From positions 1 to 64,000 of the forward strand of contig NIVC01003274.1 in assembly GCA_002269645.1 (NCBI GenBank): a DNA stretch of 64,000 bases, written 5' to 3'. The position numbers and the translations under genes are program-made. The stretch's first letter is position 1; every line of letters starts with the position of its first letter. The DNA comes from Macrostomum lignano. Lineage: Eukaryota. Positions 12,401 to 22,145 of the stretch are shown one piece after another. Below the pieces are notes generated by a model, which searched no databases, had not been told where the DNA came from, and was given only the letters and a program-made list of their open reading frames with translations.

Positions 12401-12885
12401 TTCTTTTATTTTCTAACTTAATTTGCAGTAGTTTAAGCACTAGGTTATCTTCTTGATTCAAAATATTTTGTTTTTAGACTTTTTGTTAAAACTATGGCTA
12501 TGGCTACGGGAACTATGGGAATATGGTAATTTTGGGGTCCCTACAGCTACAGGAATATGGAGAATTGGAATAAGCTGTAGTTTTGCTTATGGCTACGGCT
12601 ATGGTACATGGACCCTCCTTACGGCGGAACACTAGCCTAGTCATTATTAGTCCCTATTCAATAGATAGAAAACTGAATAATACATAAGGGAACAAATATA
12701 ATAATACATTCATGCAATGATACTTAATGAAGACTAAGTAAAGAAATCTAAAAACTACAAGCTCAATATTCCAACTTACTTCGATACTTCTCCCAGGCCT
12801 CAACTCTTTCTGAGTTTTGAAGACAGAGCTCATCACAAAGCTCATTGAAAGTACGTTCTAAAGGTTCTTCATCCTCGAAGTCCAT
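415..12885 (-). CDS. RBL1: Retinoblastoma-family pocket protein (p107/p130-like); 5' part only, gene continues past position 1
   Basis: Exons with GT-AG ends and matching phases: 12780-12885 (MDFEDEEPLERTFNELCDELCL...EAWEKY), 5285-5769 (NYSLDGEPMQWLVCSLF...LERQF), 3882-4301 (DDLVNCHLLL...GDLDERILL), 2429-~2751 (LTPTIQAQGVARLQ; frame break, see findings), 1442-1765 and 415-645 (pocket A: HLFK/IVE...RDIVRHL...VVDSLAWTAGSPLW). Motifs match p107/p130 from memory; RBL1 versus RBL2 orthology is not resolved. Confidence 0.93.
795..1383. repeat. 15-bp minisatellite CACCAGAGGCGCCAG in an Rb intron
   Basis: About 39 near-perfect units; source of six artefact ORFs. Confidence 0.98.
1820..2260. repeat. 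20-bp minisatellite GAGGGAATTAAGTGACTAGG in an Rb intron
   Basis: Perfect units at 2125-2240, degenerate on the flanks. Confidence 0.9.
2860..3780. repeat. 33-bp minisatellite TAAGGTTAAGCAGGGGTAGAAGAGGGAGTAGGT in an Rb intron
   Basis: Tandem units; 11-aa periodicity in the artefact ORFs. Confidence 0.97.
4490..5150. repeat. 21-bp minisatellite AACCACTGTAGGATTAGGAAG in an Rb intron
   Basis: Tandem units; 7-aa periodicity. Confidence 0.97.
5850..6005. mobile_element. Partial inverted copy of the 7654/10778 MITE family; another fragment lies at about 26070-26140
   Basis: Shared core AGTTACTCC(C/T)GC(C/T)GTTTACC, the reverse complement of GGTAAACGGCAGGAGTAACT in the full copies. Confidence 0.65.
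7654..7960. mobile_element. hAT-type MITE, copy 1
   Basis: 14-bp TIR CATACATGYGCAAC...GTTGCGCATGTATG with a perfect 8-bp TSD GTTTGGTG on both sides. Confidence 0.9.
8665..9256. mobile_element. Non-autonomous DNA transposon (MITE), superfamily unassigned
   Basis: Imperfect ~35-bp TIR (CCCTAT...AAAACCGCGGACG) with a perfect flanking direct repeat TCACTCAT (8 bp, or 9 bp if the next C is counted). Confidence 0.8.
10778..11054. mobile_element. hAT-type MITE, copy 2 (same family as 7654-7960)
   Basis: TIR CATACATGCGCAAC...GTTGCGCATGTATG, perfect 8-bp TSD ATTCAATA, internal sequence alignable with copy 1 by eye. Confidence 0.9.
11461..12634. mobile_element. Non-autonomous hAT-type element with long subterminal inverted repeats
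   Basis: TIR TAGTGTTCCACC / GGCGGAACACTA (one mismatch), perfect 8-bp TSD GCCTAGTC, and CCATAGCC/GGCTACGG subterminal motifs at both ends. Confidence 0.85.
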
Positions 12886-13441
12886 AGCGCTCCACTAAAT
12901 TATTGTTAGTTGATAGTTAAAAATCAAAACGCAATTTTACCGAGCAATGCACCTTTTATCTTCAGATTTTTTACGTTTTCCAAGAGAGATTCGCACGGCT
13001 AAAAAATACAAAATGGTGGCTAAACTAAAACAAAAGGAAAATGTTTTTTTGAATCAGAATTTTCTTTTTTTGTAGCTAAATAATAAAACTAATTTATTAG
13101 TTTTTAATCAACACAAAAGTTTTTTCATTTCTCAGCTAATTGAGCACTGGACTTTTCGCACTTGTGGATTCAAATTCGCAGATGCAGATTATCTCAATAT
13201 TAGTATTTTGAATAAATACTAAATACATCGGATTATACCTTGGCATAACAGGCTCCTTAAGCCTGAGCCAAATCTACTACTACTACTCAGTAAACTGCGT
13301 TAAAATTGAAAGCGTATCTGCTTTCTGGAGAACAAGCCATTTATTTATTTTGAATTGAATTTTGAATAATGGCAGTTAATAATCTTAGCTAGGGTTCTTT
13401 TACACTAGAAGTAGGCGGATAGTTGCAGTGCTAGCTATATA

Positions 13442-13449
13442 GCGCCAAA
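13442..13449 (-). promoter_or_regulatory. E2F consensus site TTTGGCGC about 560 bp upstream of the Rb-like ATG
   Basis: Exact 8-mer match; function not demonstrated. Confidence 0.3.
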
Positions 13450-16176
13450 TATTCATCCGTATCAAAAAGTCACAGTGAGATCTTTCTGGACCGTTGGATT
13501 AATAAAAAAAATAGGCCTATGGCTATGTATATCGGTGGATGTGTTGTCAAAGTTATCTGATATTTTAGTACCAAAAATTAAATACAAATATTTTTACCAT
13601 TTTATGCATACTGTACTGTAGTGCTAGTGCAGTGCAGTGTACAGTACAGTAAAGCTTTTTGAATTGCTGTCTATTGTGTGGTGCGTCAAGTGTCAAGTCT
13701 TGGCTACTACCTAAGTCAAGGTCCTATAAAAATTGTTCTCATGAGAACTCATTTGACATTTGTCAAAAAATTTAAGTGTATGGATATTTACATAAATTAA
13801 AAATTTACTTGCATATGCTACTCTTGGTTTTACCTAGAAACTTAGTTGTCATAGGATTGGTTTTGAGCCTAGGAATATACACTTTACTATTTAGGCCATA
13901 GTCAAATACTAGCCCACAGTATAGCTATGGTATACCTAGTAGCTATAAGAGCATATGCTGGTTTAAATTCCTAAGTTCTTAGGCTATGTTTTTGTTTAGA
14001 TATTGCCCACTGTGCCGACTACCATTGACTTGACTCACTTGAGGGGTTGTGTGTTTGCCATTGATTCAATGTTGAGTCTTTTTCAGGCTAATGGATATCA
14101 ATTCAATGGCAAACAGTTGACATGTTTTTGACACTTATTTGACATGTATTTGACTACCTCTCCTCTGATTTGACACATATTTGACACACATTTAACATTT
14201 AATATCATTGATATTATATATATACGTATGTATATGTAAACATGTGGCACATGTTTTTGTAGACCTTGATCGTGACAAAAACAGAATAATTTATAGTAGC
14301 TAATTGCACATTCTATTAATATCTGAAACAAAGAAATGCAAGAAAATTTTTTTATAGATTTTCAGTAATTTTAACAAAGTGCAAAAAAATTCCATGGTAA
14401 TAGCAAAAGGTTTGGTTAGGTCCAGAGCAACATGTATTTGCTAATTAAAATAACAATAGGCACAAATTATACCATAATTAAATTTGCACTTTGAGTTACA
14501 AAACAAGTGCTTAGCAGCATTTATTGAAGGTGCTAACCAAAGCTTCAATGTCAGTTCAGGTTTCTTGCTCTTGCTCAGCTCAGGTTGTTCATGTCCACAG
14601 TCAGTCTTGTTATTTAGCAACCAGTGTGGCCAACTCCTTGTCTTTATAGTGAAAGATTCTTTAATCGATTGCGTACAAACAAACAACTCATTTTTAGTAT
14701 ATAGGATTAATTACCATTATGAAGCTAGCTGAAATGTGTTCAATTCAAAACAGAAAGTCTATAAATACAAAAAATATATGTATATATAATTTGTTAAATG
14801 ACTATATAAATAAAAAGTGATAATTAGACATTTATACAAAACAATATGCACATTTAAGGTATAATTTCTAAAACATAGCATGTTGTTTGCATCTACTGCA
14901 CTGCATAGAAACATACTCACTAGCCCTACTCAGAGAGGAGTTGAAAAATGTTTGATCTAAAAGGATTGATATATATATTTATAGAAAATATAAGCCACAA
15001 CTAGTCCTTCTCTGGATATCCTTCTTTTTAGTAACTTTCTACTGTTCTACTGGTTGCTATTATTAGACTTATTTAATCTTAAAGTTTTTCTACAATATTT
15101 ATTATAGTTGTAAATTATTCATAATAAGCATAAACAGACTAGCAGTAGGAACTAGACCTAGAAGTAGATCTAGTAGATGTGTCCTAGGGCTTACTTCTGT
15201 CCTCCAACTATCTTACTAACTGCCACCAAAGTTGTAACAAGGCTATTTCTTCTTACTGAAATTATCCCTCTGCTGACGCCAAGTAGTTACAGGTTTTTAA
15301 TTTCCCTTATTAAATTTCTATTGCTGACACTAGATCTTGCCTTAATGTTTCTAACAGTTTCTCATATATTTTCTGGGTAGTGTTCTTGGTAGCATTCTTA
15401 GTATATTAGTCTGGTAGCATTCTTAGTATATGGTATGGTAGCATTCTTAGTATATGGCCTGAGCGGTCTTACTGGTATATGTACTTTCTCTCTTTCTCTA
15501 GTCTGGGCGTTACCAAGATTAGAGGGTCACAGCGATTACTCTTAGTATTAATTCCCTTTGCGTGAATTCCCAATCCTGACTTTCAATACTTCTTAAAATA
15601 AGCAACGATCTGAGAATGGTTTATCGAACATTTTTTGAGCTTATAGCTAACGAACAAGTTATCTTTTACTGCCTACAATTCTCTTCCTTTTATACTAGTT
15701 GATTGCATGTATTTTAAACAAATTGTTACAAGTTGAAAATATTTTGAGTATTAAAACAACAAATATAAATTTCGTGCTAATTTGAAAAACGAGTTCATAA
15801 GAAACAAGGTACCGCTACCACAGATGGAGCAATTCCCCAAGGGCAAGAAGTATTTGCTATATAAACAATTAGCATAACTAGATAACACAGGGCCTAGTAT
15901 ATAGCATAATGAATAATTGTAATAAGGTACATAGTGTTTATTATACCCAAGTTTTAGTAAATTTTGTATATTCCAATCCTAATAACTAGGTGCTTTTTTA
16001 AAAAACTCGTATTTAGTGTAAACGCTATCTCAAATTCTTATAAAGTATATATTTTTCGTTTTCCTAGGCTTAATTATTTTTTACATTATCTTTTATTTCA
16101 TGCAGACAATCAGTGGCCCCCAAAAAAGAGGTGAGGCCTAAAAAGTGAACTAATACAACACTCTCATCAAATTGAC

Positions 16177-17923
16177 ATGGATCTGTATATTGACTGTCCA
16201 CTTGGGCCCACCTTGAGACTGTCTGCATCGCCATGCGACACTGTGCTATCAGTGAAGCTGCGCCTGCAAGCGCTTCTGTGCAACAGTCTGCCAGCCAATC
16301 AGCAGCGACTTGTCTGGCGTACCTGCGAACTTGTCAATGAGCGACAACTAAGCGACTATAGCCTTGAATCTGGCTGCACTATTAAACTACTGCCGCGTCT
16401 GTTTGCAGGCCCAACTAATATGCAGCAGCTGCCGTCTGCTTCTGCGCTTCAGCAGCAACAGCAGCAGCTCTTAGCTCTTCAGGCTTATCGATTGACGGTG
16501 AGGTAGCATTTGGATGGGCTTTATTGGAACTAGAAGGGGATCAGTTTTTGCTCCTATTGTCAGCAAGATCCCTTTTGTCTACCTGCTGACTGAGATTTAC
16601 CGTTATTTCACACTATCCACAGTTTATTGCACACAGTCCACGCTATTTCCCTGAATTCCATGCTGACTGGGATTTCCCTGTATTGCCCGCTGACTAGGAT
16701 TTCTTTGCGTTTTACGCTAACTACTTTTTTCTTTATCATCTACCGACTGGGATTTCCCTCCATTCCACGCTGGTTGGGATTTCCCTCTATTCCACGCTGG
16801 CTGGGATTTCCCTCTATTCCACGCTGGCTGGGATTTCTCTCTATTTCACGCTGGCTGGGATTTCCCTCTATTCCACGCTGGCTGGGATTTCTCTCTATTT
16901 CACGCTGGCTGGGATTTCCCTCTATTCCACGCTGGCTGGGATTTCTCTCTATTTCACGCTGGCTGGGATTTCCCTCTATTCCACGCTGGTTGGGATTTCC
17001 CTCTATTCCACGCTGGCTTGGATTTCTCTCTATTCCACTCTGGCTGGGATTTCCCTCTATTCCACGCTGGCTTGGATTTCCCTCTATTCCACTCTGACTG
17101 GGGTTTCCCTCTATTCTAGGCTGAATGGGGTTTCCCTCTTTTGTAGGCTTGTCGGGATTTCCGTTTATTCCACACTGGTTGGGAATTCTATTCCACGCTG
17201 CCTGGGATTTCCCTCTATTCTAGGCTGAATGGGATTTCCCTCTATTCTGGGTTTCCCTCTATTCCACGCTGGCTGGGATTTCCGTTGCGTTTACTAAACA
17301 GCTTATTTAGCTCATCAGTGCTAATTTACTCGCAGATGGAGCAGCAACAATTGCAGCAGCAGTTACAACAGCATCATCAGCAACCGGTGCTACCAACAAC
17401 AAGCTACTCTGCCACAATGCCAGTCGGTTACTATCTAGTCTATTGCTTGCGCCCATCTAATAACAGGGACGGTATTAGCAGTGTAGGCGGCGGCGGCAGC
17501 GTAGGCGGAGGCGGCGGCAGCGTAGGCGGGGGCGGCGGCGTCGGCTTTGATCTGGTCTGCGTGTCCTACTGCTTAGCAACTGCAACAACGTCGACAGCAA
17601 TAATAGCAAATAGTGCCAATGAGGCCCAGACTTCCACTAGCAGCAGCAGCAGCAGTTCACCCAAATCCCAACCAGATTTGTTGCACATCTCTCAGGTAGA
17701 CGCTCGAGATTCGGTCAATCCAAGAAGCGTCGATCGTTGCCAAGCTTGTGGACGACGAACCGGTCCGTCGTCGAGTTTCGAATGTCGCTGCGGTCGGATC
17801 TATTGCGCCAGGCACCGTTACCCGGAGAGCCACTCGTGCAGCTTCGATTTTAAAGAGCAGGGTCGGCAACTCCTGCGCGAATCGAATCCCAGGGTATTGG
17901 CGCCTAAATTGCAGCGCATCTGA
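16177..17923 (+). CDS. ZFAND4: AN1-type zinc finger and ubiquitin-like domain protein (ZFAND4/ANUBL1-like), about 302 aa
   Basis: join(16177..16497,17336..17923), phase-0 GT-AG intron. N-terminal UBL domain (DTVLSVK...QQRLVW...LSDYSLESGCTIKL) and C-terminal AN1 finger CQAC...CRCGRIYCARHRYPESHSC ending PRVLAPKLQRI. Confidence 0.9.
16745..17285. repeat. 27-bp minisatellite CTGGGATTTCCCTCTATTCCACGCTGG in the ZFAND4 intron
   Basis: Tandem units; 9-aa periodicity. Confidence 0.95.
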
Positions 17924-18019
17924 TTTTTGCAATGCGCATGCTGGACTTTGGCGGGGCCGCAACGGACTTTGGATACGCTTGGTTTGTTTGAATGCTTCAC
18001 GATTGGGACTAGGGCCAGG

Positions 18020-18990
18020 TTAACACCTGGAACCAGTGATAGTTGAACACCTGGAATCAGTGATAGTTTAATACCTGGAATCAGTGATATTTGAACACCT
18101 GGAATCAGTGATAGTTTAATACCTGGAATCAGTGAGTTTAACACCTGGAATCAGTGATAGTTTAACACCTGGAATCAGTGATAGTTTAACACCTGGAACC
18201 AGTGATAGTTGAACACCTGGAATCAGTGATATTTTAACACCTGGAATCAGTGATAGTTTAATACCTGGAACCAGTGATATTTGAACACCTGGAATCAGTG
18301 ATATTTTAACACCTGGAATCAGTGATAGTTTAATACCTGGAATCAGTGATAGTTTAATACCTGGAATCAGTGATAGTTTAACACCTGGAATCAGTGATAG
18401 TTTAACACCTGGAACCAGTGATAGTTGAACACCTGGAATCAGTGATATTTTAACACCTGGAATCAGTGATAGTTTAATACCTGGAATCAGTGATAGTTTA
18501 ATACCTGGAATCAGTGATAGTTTAACACCTGGAATCAGTGATAGTTTAACACCTGGAACCAGTGATAGTTGAACACCTGGAATCAGTGATATTTTAACAC
18601 CTGGAATCAGTGATAGTTTAATACCTGGAACCAGTGATATTTGAACACCTGGAATCAGTGATATTTGAACACCTGGAATCAGTGATATTTTAACACCTGG
18701 AATCAGTGATATTTGAACACCTGGAATCAGTGATAGTTGAACACCTGGAATCAGTGATAGTTTAACACCTGGAATCAGTGATAGTTTAATACCTGGAATC
18801 AGTGATAGTTGAACACCTGGAATCAGTGATAGTTTAACACCTGGAATCAGTGATAGTTTAACACCTGGAATCAGTGATAGTTTAACACCTGGAATCAGTG
18901 ATAGTTGAACACCTGGAATCAGTGATAGTTGAACACCTGGAATCAGTGATAGTTGAACACCTGGAATCGGTGATAGTTGAACACCTGGAA
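18020..18990. repeat. 24-bp minisatellite ACCTGGAATCAGTGATAGTTTAAC, just 3' of ZFAND4
   Basis: About 40 units. Confidence 0.98.
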
Positions 18991-20322
18991 ACTGTAAAAT
19001 CAAGCTAAGCGTGACCAAGTATCCAACTGTGAAGCACCGCCCTGTCTAGAGCACCATGGACCATATTATATACTGAAAAGATTTGAGTTCCCAATGCCAG
19101 ATACAGTTGGAACTGAGCTCAAATTTCAGGCAAAGCTTATTCTTGCCATCGGGCAGGCAAGCATACAAATTAGCAGCTAAAAGACTGTGTCGCTAATTAT
19201 ATGTTTTAGCATTATGCAAATTGGCGCAATACTTACATTAATACCGACTATGTACGCCTTCGGTGCTAATATCTAATCTTGCGCATTATTACTGGAATTC
19301 TGCAACAGCAGCTCAGGTGAAATGGGTACAAAAAGCATCTCAGTTTTATCTGCATATATTCAATTATCCTGATTTACTTTCGTTGCCATGCAATATTTCG
19401 GTTGCATTTTTATTCATCATCATTTTAATTTTTATCCTTCCTTAACTAAACAAAATTATTTTATCCGGTGTTTTAATTTTCAATAAGTTTTTAACGAACA
19501 CAGAAAAACAAATTAATCAAAAGCTAGCAGAGAAGTATGGCAGACGTGTAAAAAAGCCATCGTTGCATTTTCTGTTTAATGATCAAAAATATCTGTTCCC
19601 AGAGCAAGTGAGGCCATTGTCGCAGCTGTTTGAGTGCAAACGCGCACCTGTACACCCCTCTTACCACGTCAGGAGGCCGAAGCTCCTAAAATGCAGAGTT
19701 TCAGCGAGCAAATGTATTATTTACTATCCAAGTTAATAACTAATTATCGCCCCAGACCTATTTCGGAACGCGCGAGCTCCATCCAAGCCAACAGTTTTGT
19801 CCACAGTAAATCGGCATTGTTGCTCGGAAGCATTTTAATTTTTCTATTTACAACTATCAATAAAGAAAGATGATTGCGCGGTCTTTTTGAGCGGTCTTAT
19901 TTATTTATTGAAGTGGAATCATCTAGTGTATCAAGTGGCAGAGGAGAGAGAACAGGAAAGAGGAGATAAAAGGAGAGATAAGAGATAGAGAGTAGGTAGA
20001 AGGTGCCCAGTAGAAAGAACATCCCGCCTAATGTTCCTAAGGTCCGTATTTGGCTGGGCAAACGGATTTTAGACGATTTTTTTATTTTACTTTTAAGAGC
20101 TGAAAAGAGAACCAGAGCGGTCCGGATTGCTATTGTGAAGTTTCAAAGGACCCCCGAGGGCCGGAGTTAGCCGACCACTGTGCTCAACTATCAACAATTT
20201 ATTCCAGCTCCCTATAAGATATTCATTTCACATTCTTCTTGATGTGTTCCTTATTACCAGAATTTCTTTGTAATCAAGAAACAATCACTTCTAGCACTTA
20301 GCTAGGCAACCCAGTTATCAAT

Positions 20323-21176
20323 TGAAGGTACTGCTTACCTTGACTTCGTATGAGATATCTCTTCAGTAGTTCTCGTTGTAGATCTCACAGTAGATTTCGT
20401 CCATTGTCTTCCGGAAGAATAGGTATGAATCTGTTGTTCTGGTCCTGCTTCTCCTGGTACTTCCGATTCCGATGAAGTAGTTTCCGGCCGGTATCTGCAG
20501 TCAGGACTAATCAGAGGCCTCGTATCAAACAATGGGTACCCTGCGCCGAATAGCGGTTTCTCTTTAGCCTTCTCCTTCTAGTAGTGCCTCTATGCACTCT
20601 AGGTATTGCTCCGGTAATCTCTAATAGATTCTCTAAGATCTATTAGAGTAGTCCTTCTGGCGACTACTGCCACTAGAGTCTCAACAGACTAACACTATAA
20701 CAATAGTGAATCGACTCAACATTCAACAACAACTTGACCGAGTCTCGATTGACTTGGTGATCAAGAAGTCTCGCTAAGGACTTTCTCTTTGGAGCGCTCC
20801 TCTTCCGTGGGGAGAATGGCTTTGAACCGCTTTGGGCCGCTTGTATTTATAGACGATTTCGTAGGCCAAAATAGTAACATGACTAATGTGCTAAAATAGC
20901 AAAGTGATTCATCTGCTATAAATAGTAACATGATTCATTTGCTAAAAATAGTAACATGAATCATCCTTAAAGTTTAGGTGCGCATGCGTGCACTTAGTAG
21001 CATTCTACAATTGTCAATTTACTTTTGCGGGAGGTAGAACACTCTACATTCTCTCGCTACTTGCTAGTAGGCGTTCGATTTTAAAGTTTGAATTTCCATC
21101 GATAGAGAAAGTTAGAAACTTTTCTGATAAAAAGTCTGTCAAAACGAAGACCAAAGAAGGCAAACAATTACTGACA
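20323..21176 (-). mobile_element. LTR-like segment; boundaries uncertain
   Basis: Minus-strand TATA (CTATAAATA at about 20845), repeated AATAGTAACATG enhancer-like units and TG...CA ends. The terminal inverted repeat is weak and the flanks match only 3 of 4 (CAAT/AAAT). Confidence 0.3.
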
Positions 21177-21769
21177 AAATAGTCGCGAAAAAACATCGGA
21201 AGCGCGCAATTCTTTTAGGCATTTATTATTTATTCCATTGACTTCAATTGACATTCGAATTTGAATGGTTTATATGCACAGTTTACTACTAATAGTACAT
21301 TTAATTTATAAAGAGATATAATATAATGATTGGTCCATCATTAGGGTGTTCAAATAGCTCAGAAAACAACTTAATTTACAGTATCCTGATAGCAAAGGTA
21401 ATTATCGATAGTAAAAGTGTTGCATAATTATCAAGACTGCAATTAAAACAAAATCTTCACATGACTAAAGCAAATTAATTGTATCAAAGAACCAGAAAAA
21501 ATGCCTAACAATACTAGCCGGGTCTGGAACTATTAACTAAAATTGCAATGTACATGTACTATTCGAATATATCGATATTACAAACGCACTTGTTCGACCA
21601 GTCTGATCCAGGTGACTATCAATATAAAACCAGGGTTAATATGACCTACGAGCGTATGCTGAGAGCGTAACATTTGATGACGGGTTGAGAAACGTTTGAG
21701 GAAGGGAGATCTCGCACAGAAGAATAAGATCTCAGAGTCTCCAGTGAGATCTTAGAGTCAAGTGAGGGA

Positions 21770-22035
21770 TATCTCACAGTCAGGTGAGTAAGATCTTGAG
21801 TCCGGTGAGATCTCACAGCCAGGTGAGTAAGATCTTGAGTCCGGTGAGATCTCACAGCTAGGTGAGTAAGATCTTGAGTCCGGTGAGATCTCACAGTCAG
21901 GTGAGTAAGATCTTGAGTCCGGTGAGATCTCACAGCCAGGTGAGTAAGATCTTGAGTCCGGTGAGATCTCACAGTCAGGTGAGTAAGATCTTGAGTCCGG
22001 TGAGATCTCACAGTCAGGTGAGAGATCTCAGTCAG
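21770..22035. repeat. 39-bp minisatellite GGTGAGTAAGATCTTGAGTCCGGTGAGATCTCACAGTCA
   Basis: About 6-7 units just beyond the WIPI2 stop codon. Confidence 0.95.
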
Positions 22036-22145
22036 GTCCTGATGAGAGTCTCGAACACCGGTGTAAAAATCTTCGAAGTTCTACCAGCCGTCAAAGCATT
22101 GAATATGTAAGCTCAGGCTCAAAGCACCGCTTGCTAACTGACAAA

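Noticed and set aside
15180-15380. Dispersed repeat shared with about 51960-52100, as a possible transposase remnant
   Set aside because: The similarity is real but degenerate, with stops in the frames I read and no diagnostic motif; cannot classify.
18116-19018. 300-aa ORF of LIPGVKLS repeats
   Set aside because: 24-bp minisatellite with no unique coding flanks or splice support.
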